A DNA stretch of 64,000 bases. It comes from Rotaria socialis (lineage: Eukaryota). The notes under the pieces were generated by a model, which saw nothing but the letters and a program-made list of their open reading frames with translations, was not told the DNA's origin and did no database searches. Both the position numbers and the translations under genes were made by a program. Position 1 is the first letter of the stretch, and each line of letters opens with the position of its first letter. Of this stretch, positions 41,507 to 52,784 are shown piece by piece. The DNA lies in the NCBI GenBank assembly GCA_905331295.1, contig CAJNYD010000555.1, positions 1 to 64,000 of the forward strand, read 5' to 3'.

Positions 41507-43300
41507 TTAGGAGAGAGTAACCGTCGCAGTTGTGACAGGTGCTAATGTGCCTGCTCTCAGCCAAAAGCTTACAACATAGACTTCTCCTGCTGTAGCGGTA
41601 AATTGTTGACTGATTTGATCAGCACATCCAAGACTTCCATCATACATACAATAAGTTCCACTGTGACACGAAGAATTAGTTATACTGCCTGGTGTTCCCG
41701 TGCAAGCTCCATGCGGTGTTGTTCGTACCCAAGGTGAAAGAGAGCCAGTTTCGAAACCTATATTAGTTAACATTTGAATAGCTCCATCATAGATTGAGGT
41801 ATCATCAAGTACCCATTGGGAGGGATCATTACGAAGTTCAAAGGTTAAATTAACTGGACCTGTAGTAGGTGACGTCCATGTATATGCGTAGCAGTTGTAC
41901 GTAATTACAGTAGGAGATGAGATCGCCAAAAGAGTACTCGCAGAACCGACAGAAGTAGGAGCACAAGGAGCAGCAGGCGTTGTTGCTGTTAATAACGATA
42001 AACTTAATGAAAGAAAATGAATGGGCAAGCATTGGGCTCACTTGTTGTACTCGTACTAGCTAGAATAATTAAAGAAAAACATTCAAATGAAGAGAAATAA
42101 TGATTCTTTTTATTTGAAACTTGACTTGGTAAGTACTTACAGGTAGTTGATGTTGAAGCTAATGAAAAAGAGAAACGCGAAAATGATTTCTAATAAAAGA
42201 TAATGGATGAAAGTTGTTACTTGCTGATGTCGTACTTGTCGTTGATGTAGCTTAAAAGAAAAATGTAAATAAATCATTTGTTATTTATCTTTTTGAAAGC
42301 ATCCTAAACTAGAAATAATTTGCTTTCATTTCAAACTAATTCTTAAACATCCCCGTCGATATGACAGCGGATGCTAGGGGACTAGGCCTTCTCATTTGTT
42401 CGTGAAATAGTATTAATCAGTACGAATCCTTTCTAAAAAATGATGGCATATAGAGACCTAGTTGCTCTCAATCATGAGCGTTTATGCTAAAATTGAAAAG
42501 TAATGCAATATAAGTTTCGTAAATTCATATTTAGTTCGTATGAAAATATTCATACTGTGTGCTATATACTCAAACCTTGAAATTTCAAAAATATTGAATA
42601 CTGTTTCCTTCGTAATTTGATAGAACTTTTATGGTGATTAATCACATTTGTCACTTGCATGATGTCGTTTGAATACTTGCTTTTACTTGAATAGGAATAT
42701 TAAAAAAATCAGTAGTGAATGCAGTCCTGGCGGTCGAGACTTTCATCCTATGGAGTGCAGGTAGAAGTAATAGTGTGGGGACAAATCTAAGTAGGTCTGA
42801 GCAATAGTTGTAGTGAAAAAATAAAAATACTAGTATTGAAGAAGTACGTTATAAGTGAGGAATATGAATTCTGCAATATTTTTCTCTAAATAGGTGTAAA
42901 CTATAGAGAAGCTAGAATCACCAGGATCGGGGGATCGAAGAAATATGGGCTTCGATAACTCTACGCTTGAATGACGGGAAAATATAGAAATCCACATTAT
43001 ATTCATGAGACATTCTGAAATATCATTGCGACCTACTGTTTATTGATGAAGTTTTTGTAATTTTATGGATACTGGATGATTTATAAAAAAAAGACAATCT
43101 CTTAACAACCGAGTTCTATTTATCATTATAAGTTTATTGGTGATATGAAGAAGTTAAATACAAATTATAGAATACCTGTAAATGATGTTAACCAAAGCAT
43201 GATTACGACGGTTAATATTATACCACCAAATAGTGAACCAATAAGAAAACATAGAATACATATGCATTTTGGTGTATAAATACTGGAAACATGTTCATAT
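41507..43300 (-). CDS. Stalked CBM-like type II membrane protein, copy E (5' end unresolved)
   Basis: TM exon 43176-43300 (ILCFLIGSLFGGIILTVVIMLWL), micro-exons 42221-42250, 42141-42158 and 42042-42059, and an intact head exon 41507-41985. Confidence 0.75.
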
Positions 43301-46124
43301 CTATGGTCAATAAAAATAAAAATAAGTTCACAAAACGTCGTTTAAATTCAAGTTATTGCTTTCCACAATAAAAACACAATCACCCATTCCCTACAGGACT
43401 TACTGATACTAATGATATTCAAATTTACTAATTGCAGTTTAATTCGAGAAGAACGTTTTGACTTATTTCAATAAAATTCATCAATTCTGACGACTCAATA
43501 CTTCCATGAATCAGTTTTAATAGATATTCTTGGAAAATTAGTATTTTGAGGTTTGTTGGCTCATCTTTTCTGAATGGAAAAGGCTTTTTTTTAAATGAAA
43601 TACTTAGGGTTTCACGTTCTAGACAATAGCCTATACCTTATGGAGTCAATGCATACGTTTACGTTTGTTCAGATGTAGAACACCCGTATTCTTGCGTCAG
43701 AACCAATAATTTGATAATCGCCTTACCTTTTTTCATTGTTTTTATTTTTCGTATGATCATTATGCCACTGGTTAGAGAAGGTATTACTCCGCTGTTTCCT
43801 GTTGGCTGATTTAGAGTAATCTATTGTCGATGATGAATTTGATAACCACATTCTTATTTGAGGAAAATGTATCTTTAAGTCTATGTAATTATATATTTTC
43901 AGTTTTCGATAAAATTCTGTGTTCTATTGAAAATTCAACGTAGAATCATACTAAATAAACAAAAAATGTCGTCCTTTTGGTTTTTTTTTCATAAATAATT
44001 TGACTTCTTTCTTGAATATTCTGTACAGTGAACAATAAATATTCTTTTACACAAAATTCTACTTTAATTGAAAGGAAGACCTCCAATGGATGTATTACTT
44101 TTCACGAAGAAATCTTATTAGGTGAGCCAAGGAGATAGACTGAATTTGAAATATGTAATACAATCTATATATATATATATAAATTCTGTTAATATGATCG
44201 AAGATATCTTTCTGTTTCTAACAATGATTATGAAAGTGGTATCAACCGAAATAATAGAATTACAGAATGTTGTTCTAAAGTTGTTTTTTCTTACCCATTT
44301 TATCTTATAATATAGCTATTCACTTTCTCTGTGTAAAACTTTGACTTTTGCATATCAATTAATTCCTATGTATAGAACTTTATATAGGATGCCTGTAGAA
44401 CTTTTCAACCATTTGCTTAATAAAGTCCCTTTTGGATAGATCAAGATTCACTCGATTTATATTGCTCCGTATGTAATACAATTAAATTTATACATGATGA
44501 AGAAATTTCTATACAAAAAATCCATATTGTAGTTTATTTGATTTATTTGTTGGCTGTTGCTGATTTTTTTTCGATTGGATTACATTAAAAATACAAAATA
44601 AACATGGACGAGAATCAATATTATGAATAGCAAGTGTAAAAAGCAGCGCGTAGGCACTACACTGTATATAGGAAATGAAAATTTTGTTTTTGATGAAAAA
44701 TAGTGATGGCATAATCTCGTAACACCGAGTAACAGCTTCGAAACCGTAACATAAAACTATATACTATAATTTGAGTAATTTCAGTTGTTCTGACATATCA
44801 CCCTTAGGACATCAAGCTCGTTACCTTTTGCGAAATACTTGAAATTGAAGTCGATGAATATTTTAGCATTGAAGTCTCAATACCTAATGTAACGATATTA
44901 TGATACCCACGGTTGCATAGCTTGCTAGTGCTAGCAAATCTGAAACAGTTAAATAATGATTTACTGTAATCTTTAAATAAACTGTGCCAATTAATATTCA
45001 TCATCATAGTTCTCGATCCTAGAGCTCTATAGAAAACCCTTAAAGATGTCAATCTCTTCTCCTATGCAGGTGATGATATCATGTAACCATAGAATTTCAA
45101 AATCTTGACACGATTGATCGACATTCTAGCTGAGACATCAGTTCAAAAGCTGTTAATCCTGTTCTACCGCATACCCTCTCGGAACTATGACGCGTACACA
45201 GTAGCATGAGAGTAAAGCATTAAACACTAAAAAGTGGAGAACATCTTTTTGATCTGGTCAATGAAGAAGGTGTCAGATCTCCTTCAAACAAATATTGGAA
45301 ATTACAATTTATATCCTTCTTCATTGAATAGCGCTTTTGCAAATGTGTCATATATTGTGCTGTTTTATAAAACAAAATCCCCTGGAATATCTTCCATGAT
45401 ATGATAAGATAGATTAGATTCATAAAAGGCTTTTCATAATGGTAAATATTATTTTTTTTATGAGAGAATTATGACAAAGAATTAATTGTTGTATATTAAA
45501 AAAGATTCTAATTAAATTTCGTTGTGGTAGCACAGAAAAGATTGCCGCATAGTGTTACTTACGTGATATGAAGAATGGTTCGAAAAATCAATGTACTTCT
45601 ATAGAAATGAATGTAAACAATTAGAAAAATATATTTTATTTGTAGTAATAAAAACATATTCATATTGATCGCATGATTATAATGTGATGTAGTTGAACAA
45701 TGGCACTTGCACTGTTTGATTGAGTATTAAGTAATTTTGTTTTCTGATGATCTTTCATTTAGGTATTCTCTTAAATTATCGTGAACGCTTTTGTTTCATT
45801 TGAGTTCATCATTTAAAAAAAACTGATTTGCCACGATGATTTCGATTTAATGTCGATAGAAACTTTCATTAAAATTGCTTATCTTTGAAGGCGATGAGTT
45901 GAGTTTACCTTCAGTACGAAACATTTTCCCGAGAAGTCTCAATAATCATAGGGACATTATTGTAGTTTCTCCATGTTGCCTGATTATAGCAATAGGGAAT
46001 ATAGATATTCAAAAGCTAATTGATACTTTCTCTATACGAAGAAGAACAGCTACAAAATCTTAACAGGCATGTATTTCTATCAACCGAATAAAATCTGTAA
46101 CTAGCATCATGATCATGTTAGAAT

Positions 46125-46945
46125 TAGGTATGCACCGAACCCGGGTACAAACCAGGTGGTTCGGGTCAGTACTACTCGGATTCGGTTGTACCGGTATTCA
46201 GTTATAGCCGGGTTCGGTCATCCTCCGATTCTGTCTTACCCGGTATTCGGTACTACCCGGGTTTCTTCATATCCAGATTCGGTACTGGGATTCGCGGGTC
46301 CACTTATTCGTATCTCTCGAAGCATGGAAATCAATAATAAATAGCACCTATGGATATATAATAGATGGTAAAAAATGAGTTCATGTCAAAAATCCTTTGC
46401 CTTGCTCAGCCTATCATAGTTAATCTCATTTATCAGGAACGCATACAGTTAAATGAGCTTCTCTTAATATTTATATTGGACTCAACTACAAGAAATCGTC
46501 GAATGGTTCTCTTTATTAAATTTTCTAGAAACACATATGTATGATTTTTTTCCATCGGTCTACTAAGAATATCAATATCACCAATACTAAATTTTATTGG
46601 TATTGGTATTGGTAGTATTCGAACTCTCACATCCCTACTTAGACTATCAGAAAGATCATTTCAATAAGGAGAACCATTCGACGATTTCCTGTAGCTGAAT
46701 CCAGGAGAAATGTTAATAAAAGCTCATTTAATTCTATGCTTTCCTGATAATTAAGATTATCTATGATAAATTGAGGAAGAGACGATAAACCTTTGAAATA
46801 AAATCATTTTTTATTATCTATCTATATAGGTACTATTTGTTTTTCATTTCTATACTTCAAAGGATACGAATAAGTAAACACAGGAATCCCGTTATCCAAT
46901 CTGGATATTACCGAACCCGAGTAGTTCGGGTTCAGTGCATGCCTA
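46125..46945. mobile_element. Non-autonomous hAT-type foldback MITE with 8-bp TSD
   Basis: TIRs TAGGTATGCACCGAACCCG / CGGGTTCAGTGCATGCCTA. TSD gttagaat at 46117-46124 and 46946-46953. Long imperfect internal inverted arms (~46285-46520 versus ~46660-46895). Confidence 0.85.
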
Positions 46946-47528
46946 GTTAGAATCCTGTAGACTATATTTAGTCAAAATTTTAAGAGATTATAATATTAAT
47001 GCTAAATGCAAATATTTTCAACTAGGTAAAATTTTCATAATTTGCAGTGAGCCGGTTAGTTGTCATATTTTTCAATTGAAATATTTTTAAAACTTTGGAA
47101 ATTACACGACTATTTCATAGCAGTATATATAGATCACAATAGCAACTTCTTTTAAACTATATTTCTTTTTCTCCTGCAATGTGGGGATCGTAATATGAGT
47201 CAAGAGCAACAATGTATAGACGATCTGTATAGTATTGTCTTTATTTCGCAGATATTATTTATGTTTATTTAAATGTTCATCGTATTATTTTGACATACGG
47301 TATATAAGTATTTCTCTTCTTCAGTAAAACGTATGGCATACTTTGATTACTTGTCAACTAATTAAAATAAATTTACTTTTGCACTCTTCACTATTCGAGT
47401 TTTTTTCGGAAAAGAGACATTTCACACTAACTTTTCATTACGATTTGCCTGAGGAGATGTGCGTTACGATCTTCCTACATATAAAAACATACATGCTCTT
47501 CGGAATCACAAAAATTTAAAACAACCAG

Positions 47529-47902
47529 GGTGTTCGGAATGGAAGTTGTCCAGTAGGCCATAGCGGACAGCAGTATTTTTGAAAAACTGAAATTTGCGTG
47601 GCGTTCGGAATGAAAAGGGTGTGGGTGTAATAACAAATAGTCAAACCCATACCCTTATATAGTATTTCTATTTTCTTTAATATAGCGCACTCTATAAGTA
47701 TTATGATATACTTACGATCTCCAGGTAAAATAAGTTTACGGACATCCGGCCATTTTCGCTCCGATTTTCTGACAGTATTTTACATATTGTCGACCATTTC
47801 ATTTCGATTTCCCTGTATTTTTTTTAAATACGATATCTTAACCGACATGTGTTACGTACTTCCGGTAAATGTTTTAAAGGCAAAAAAGCAATTCCGAACA
47901 CC
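47529..47902. mobile_element. Possible MITE
   Basis: 12-bp inverted repeat GGTGTTCGGAAT / ATTCCGAACACC. No clear TSD. Confidence 0.4.
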
Positions 47903-48580
47903 TCAACGGATTACTGGGCGTCCGGGACACTGCTACGAAATGTCTTCGTCCCTTTTTTCCGACATGGTAATTTATAAATTAGAAAAATTGCAAAACTAAA
48001 ATAAATTTCATCAAAGGTTTTCTCCCCTAGTACATATGGTATACTTTTACTTTCACTAACATAACTGAGGAGAAGACGAAAAAGTTTTTGTATGACTTTA
48101 TTTTCTTGTCTCAAAAGTAAACATAAAACATTATTCAATTCCCGTGATTGATTGTTATGCAACTGTTGTTTTTTTTTATCGTACACAACGAGTTACGAAT
48201 TATTTTGGTTTCAAAAATGTATAGAATTGTTTTCTTTTCATCGAGTAAAAGAAATAAAACCCTAGAAATTATTTCATTGATTTGTCGAAGCCGAATTGAA
48301 TTTCAATATGGAGAACTCTATACCACCTAGCAATGATAGTCACAAGACTGAAGTTACTCGTTAGAATATTCACTGAGAAATCAATTTTTTGATGGTGATG
48401 AATTATGAAATCGAATGATCAAGTAACCATTGTAAAACAAAGCGCTGATTAAATACTTTTCTTCGATTATCAACATTTTTTGCATTTCGAAGGATCCCAA
48501 AGGTTCGCAAAATGCAATTGAGAAAAAGTAGCATCATATTTCTTTTGGTTCATTTTCGCAAAATGTGTATAAACGATTAA

Positions 48581-50099
48581 TCAAGAGAGAGTTACTGTCG
48601 CAGTTATACCAGCGCCAAGTGAATCTGTGCTTAACCAAAAACTCACGATATACACTTGTCCAGCCGCAGCCGTAAATTGTTGACTAAGTCGATCGGCGCA
48701 TGAATTACTTCCATCGCAGGCACAATAACTTCCACTTCGACAATTATAATTGCAAATTCGGGCTACGTACCCTCCACAACTTCCATATGGTCCAGTGCGT
48801 ACCCAAGGTGAAAGTGAACCAGTTTCGAAACCTATATTTGTTAGCATTTGTGTGCCTCCTTGATAGATAGAGGTATCATCAACATACCACTGACCTGGAT
48901 CATTGCGCAGCTCAAACATAAAAGTAACTGGACCTGTCGTAGGTGACGTCCATGAATATACATAGCAGCCGTATGTAGTGTCATTGGGAGACGAGATAGT
49001 CAAAAGAATACTTGCAAGACCAACAGAAGTAGGAAGACATGGGGGTAACGGTGTAGTTGTTGTTGATGCTGTCGTTGTGGTTACCGATGTTGTTGAAGTT
49101 GCTGTCGTCGAAGTTGTTGTGGTTGCTGTTGTTGTCACAATATGTGTATTTGTGAGAAGAAAAACCAAGAGAGCAGCAATACCCATCAGAAGTAATAAAA
49201 TACCAATAGATATTGAAACACAACAACATGCCGAACAGGCCGGACAGATTTTACCAATACAGCGACGATTTCTTTTATTGGTTTTGTTTTTTTCAGTATT
49301 TTTCGCTGTTGTCTTTAATCTGTCTTCAAGCACGCCCCATGCATATCGAAGACTTCTTGGTTTTGACTTTTGTTCTTGATATTCTTCCATTGATTTCATT
49401 CTCGATAAATTAGCTGAAACATTATGGTTCATTACACTACTGAAAAGTTTACTGGATGATGATGCCTATGTCAGTAGTAAAGTAAATGAGGACTCAAAAA
49501 AAATAATATGTACCGAAATCTCATTAAATTTATTTTTAGTTGTTCGAATACTGTGAGGATGAATGATATTGTGACGTTTTATTGATGAAGTTTCAGCCAT
49601 TTCAATGACGAGTGGATGCATAGAAGTTGGTGAAACTGGATTTGATTTAAATTTATTAGTAGTAGTGGATATGCCACTCATTTTGCCTGAGCGTAAATCA
49701 TCAGATAGTATCTAAATAAATAATTAAGAGATATTTATCAAATTAGAGGAAAACTATCGAGCATTGACTTCGCAGAATTATAGTAGATGTTCAATAGAAC
49801 AAGAACAATTTCTTTTAATAAAAGATTTTTATCTAGATTACATGGTTTACCTGTTTTTTTCGGATACGCTGATCATTGTTCTTATGCATGGAACGTTTTG
49901 TTTTCCTTCGGATTGATGAATTTCTACTAGCAAGAACTACTGTCACGGACCCCTTAAAAATAAAATCTCAGTAAATTAATGTGATACTTTCGAAAGAACT
50001 TGCGGTTTTTTTATATTTTTTATGAATGCTTGACTGCATATTTTCCCGACGAACAGGAACCACAGTGACTCGTATTTTCGGTTCAGTTTCGAACATCAT
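48581..50099 (-). CDS. Stalked CBM-like type II membrane protein, copy F
   Basis: A single exon 48581-49465 encodes the cytoplasmic part, Cys-rich TM (CCCVSISIGILLLLMGIAALLVFLL), Thr stalk and head. Upstream phase-0 exons at ~49514-49711 and ~49851-49952. The putative first exon (ATG ~50099) seems to carry one extra base in an A-run relative to copy G. Confidence 0.8.
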
Positions 50100-50321
50100 A
50101 TTCACGTTACAACTTATAATGAAAGAATGATTGTAATGAAATCACAGCAACTATCCGCATATAAAATTTCATTTCTCTGATTCAGCACGAGGTGCCACTA
50201 ACTCAAAATGAGAGCCGATTTTGAAGGCTTTCTTCTTCAAAAGTTTGTTACACTTTGCTTTATACAGAAACAAAAATAAGATTGCTTTATTTTGTTGTCA
50301 TTGTCTTGATACATTAGTAAT

Positions 50322-50698
50322 AGGGCGCTATGGCTGAATGGTTAAGATGTTCGGCACATATCTACAAGATAGTGTGTTCAAACCTCGGCGCCATCATCCA
50401 TAGAATAACCGTGGACAAGTTACTATCGGCTGTTTTGTCTCGGACCATCCATCCGATAGCACGCTGATTACATATGACATACATAAAAATATCCTCATGG
50501 ATAGTATGTGGTTAGTCAGTATGCATGGGAAGCTTAAGTAATTAAGCGGAAGGAACTCTGAGTCAGGCCGGCCTTCTGTCCAGAGCTGCAGCTAGTAATA
50601 GTTGTAGGAAAAATATCGGGCTCTTGAAACTGTCTCCGGACAGCATCCTATACTGAAAGGTAGCCGCAAGGCAAGGGTTTCTTTCTTTCTTTTCTTTC
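50322..50698 (+). mobile_element. tRNA-derived SINE with 12-bp TSD
   Basis: A box TGGCTGAATGG (50331-50341), B box GTTCAAACC (50376-50384) and a 3' (TTTC)n tail. Flanked by the direct repeat tacattagtaat at 50310-50321 and 50699-50710. Confidence 0.8.
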
Positions 50699-51184
50699 TA
50701 CATTAGTAATTCAATATAGTTTGAGACAATATAAAAGACATGAGAAAAAAGAAGCTCTAATGCTTTAGAATACATATACATATTCCATTGTGCGGTAAAT
50801 ATTATTTAAATATTTACGAGCTAATATAAGGAAGAGATATATGTTGAGAATATAGATCAAAAGAGCATTTTAGTGTATGTTTTATTTTATTTAGGCTCAA
50901 AAACAGAAAGAAAAATATTGATGAAAAAATGTTAATTCGGTTTGAGATTGATCAGATTTTGTATGCCTATTTTTTTCAGATGAAAAATAAACTTTCTTTG
51001 ATCATTAATAGGGTTTGAATTTAATCATAGATTTCAAGATGAAGAATAATATTGAATTCTACATCGAACAATGATTTTTGATGAATATTATGAGATTGTT
51101 TACTCGTCAAAAGTCGCAGCAGCAACGACTAAGAAAATGTCTACTCGGCTTCTTCTGCCTTCAAAGAATAGATGCTCAGATGAC

Positions 51185-51495
51185 CAAAAGACTAGTAAAA
51201 AGACTAGTCTTTTTTCTAGACAAGTCGGCCCATCCAGTCTAGTCTTTTTCTCAAAAAGTCCTAGTACATGACTAGTCTGAAATCCCGTATAGTCCATAGT
51301 GCCCGTTCGGACTATGAAAGTGACTGGAGTCATTCTATTTATCATGCGTAGTCTTTTTCGAAAAAAGTCTAGACATGCTGTACCATCCTGACGCCCGTCA
51401 AAAATATGATTCTAAATAAAAGTAAGAGCGTCCATGACGTTTTGCATGGCGAGTTGTGGTCTTATATAATGAAGAGATCCTGACTAGTCTAAACT
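51185..51495. repeat. Cluster of gactagtc palindromic motifs (probable MITE remnant)
   Basis: Repeated gactagt/ctagtct units and variants. Confidence 0.4.
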
Positions 51496-52118
51496 GAAAT
51501 ATTTTATGACTACAACTAGATTTGAACACACATACCAACTATTACTTATCCATCGTTCAGACCATTGAACCATTTGATCGAGAGATTAATTTATCAGTAC
51601 TTCTAGTCATTCTAAGATGCTTTAAAATACGAATTTTTCCTATGTTTTATTCAATTTTTCGTGTGAATAAAAATTTTTTTTATAAATTCAAAAATTATTC
51701 AGATGAAATTGAATAAAGTAAATCGAAAGCTGTGGTTATTTTATCCTATGTTTTTGTCTTGTTTCAGTCATTAATTTAGCAATTCAGCAGGACATTTTAT
51801 TCAACAATTTTTTTCCTTCTAATATTTAGATAATTCAGAATTCGGACTGACGGTGTACTTAAAAAATACAGAATAATCTTTACGAACATACAACAGTTTA
51901 TATTAGCCTAGGAACAGTCCTTCTAACTAGCATTAAAGGCATTTTCGGGTAGTGAGAATCAGTGTCCATCAAGTGATTTCTGCACGCATGGTATATGGAA
52001 GACACCCATTTGTGTTTTAGAATATATACATAGACATAAGGCTTACTGTATTATGGACTACCGCCAAGACGCCAGTCTGATAGTCTAGACGTCTGTGCGT
52101 GGTTGTCTTTTTTCTCTT

Positions 52119-52369
52119 CCAGGGTGAAGAATCCGATAGTCGGATCCTGTCGGATCCTAGTGGAAAATTATCGGATTTTATCGGATCCGATGGGAATTCA
52201 TTGGAAATTGGCGGAATCCTTGGCATTGGATTCCGACAGGAAGTTGTCGGATGTCGGAAAATGCCTGAATGACCAGGACCCTGTCGGAACCCTAAAAATC
52301 CGACACCTTCGACATCCGACAACTTCCGACGCACTCCCATCGGATCCGATGGGGTGAGTTCGACCTGGG
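52119..52369. mobile_element. GC-richer MITE-like element with tcggatccga/ccgac motifs
   Basis: Imperfect ends ccagggtgaa / ttcgacctgg, with many internal palindromic cggatccg and tccgac/gtcgga units. Confidence 0.5.
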
Positions 52370-52784
52370 AGCTTTTTTATTTATCGAAAAGTCGATGTTG
52401 CTGCGATTTGTATTAATTCTTTTCTTAATCGTCAGCTACAATTTAAACGTGTGCAATTTATGTGATTTTCTTTTTTTTGTCACATGGATGATGTTCGTGC
52501 ATGACACCGAAGCGTGAGGACGAACCACACAGTTCTGGATGAAATAAAATTATTACAATAATAATAATCACTTGAAATCAACATTTTATTTTCTGTGGAA
52601 AAATAATTGAAGTTAAATTATTCGGTATTTTATGACTATTTTTTATTTATTTTTATATATCTACCGATTTTATAGTCATTCAACAACTAAAATTGTATGC
52701 TATATCACGTTTGTTCATCAGCAATCAGAATTTCATCGATGATGATACAATATATAAATGATTCGAGCTCTGTATTAAAATAAA

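Noticed and set aside
48978..49379. Val-rich plus-strand ORFs (also 54917-55255)
   Set aside because: Antisense shadows of Thr-rich stalk codons.
49433..49681. Apparent stop-codon readthrough: ORF 49466-49681 is in frame with ORF 48581-49432 across a TAG (same pattern at 55342 and 35566)
   Set aside because: The TAG is the 3' splice acceptor of a short intron (gtacat...gacatag), so splicing removes it.
50322..50392. Functional tRNA gene
   Set aside because: I could not fold a convincing cloverleaf. It continues into a body and tail bounded by a TSD, so it is better explained as a SINE head.
52017..52357. Overlapping ORFs on both strands (also 46156-46344, 51071-51345, 20540-20788)
   Set aside because: They arise from palindromic or motif-rich MITE sequence and show no protein-like features.
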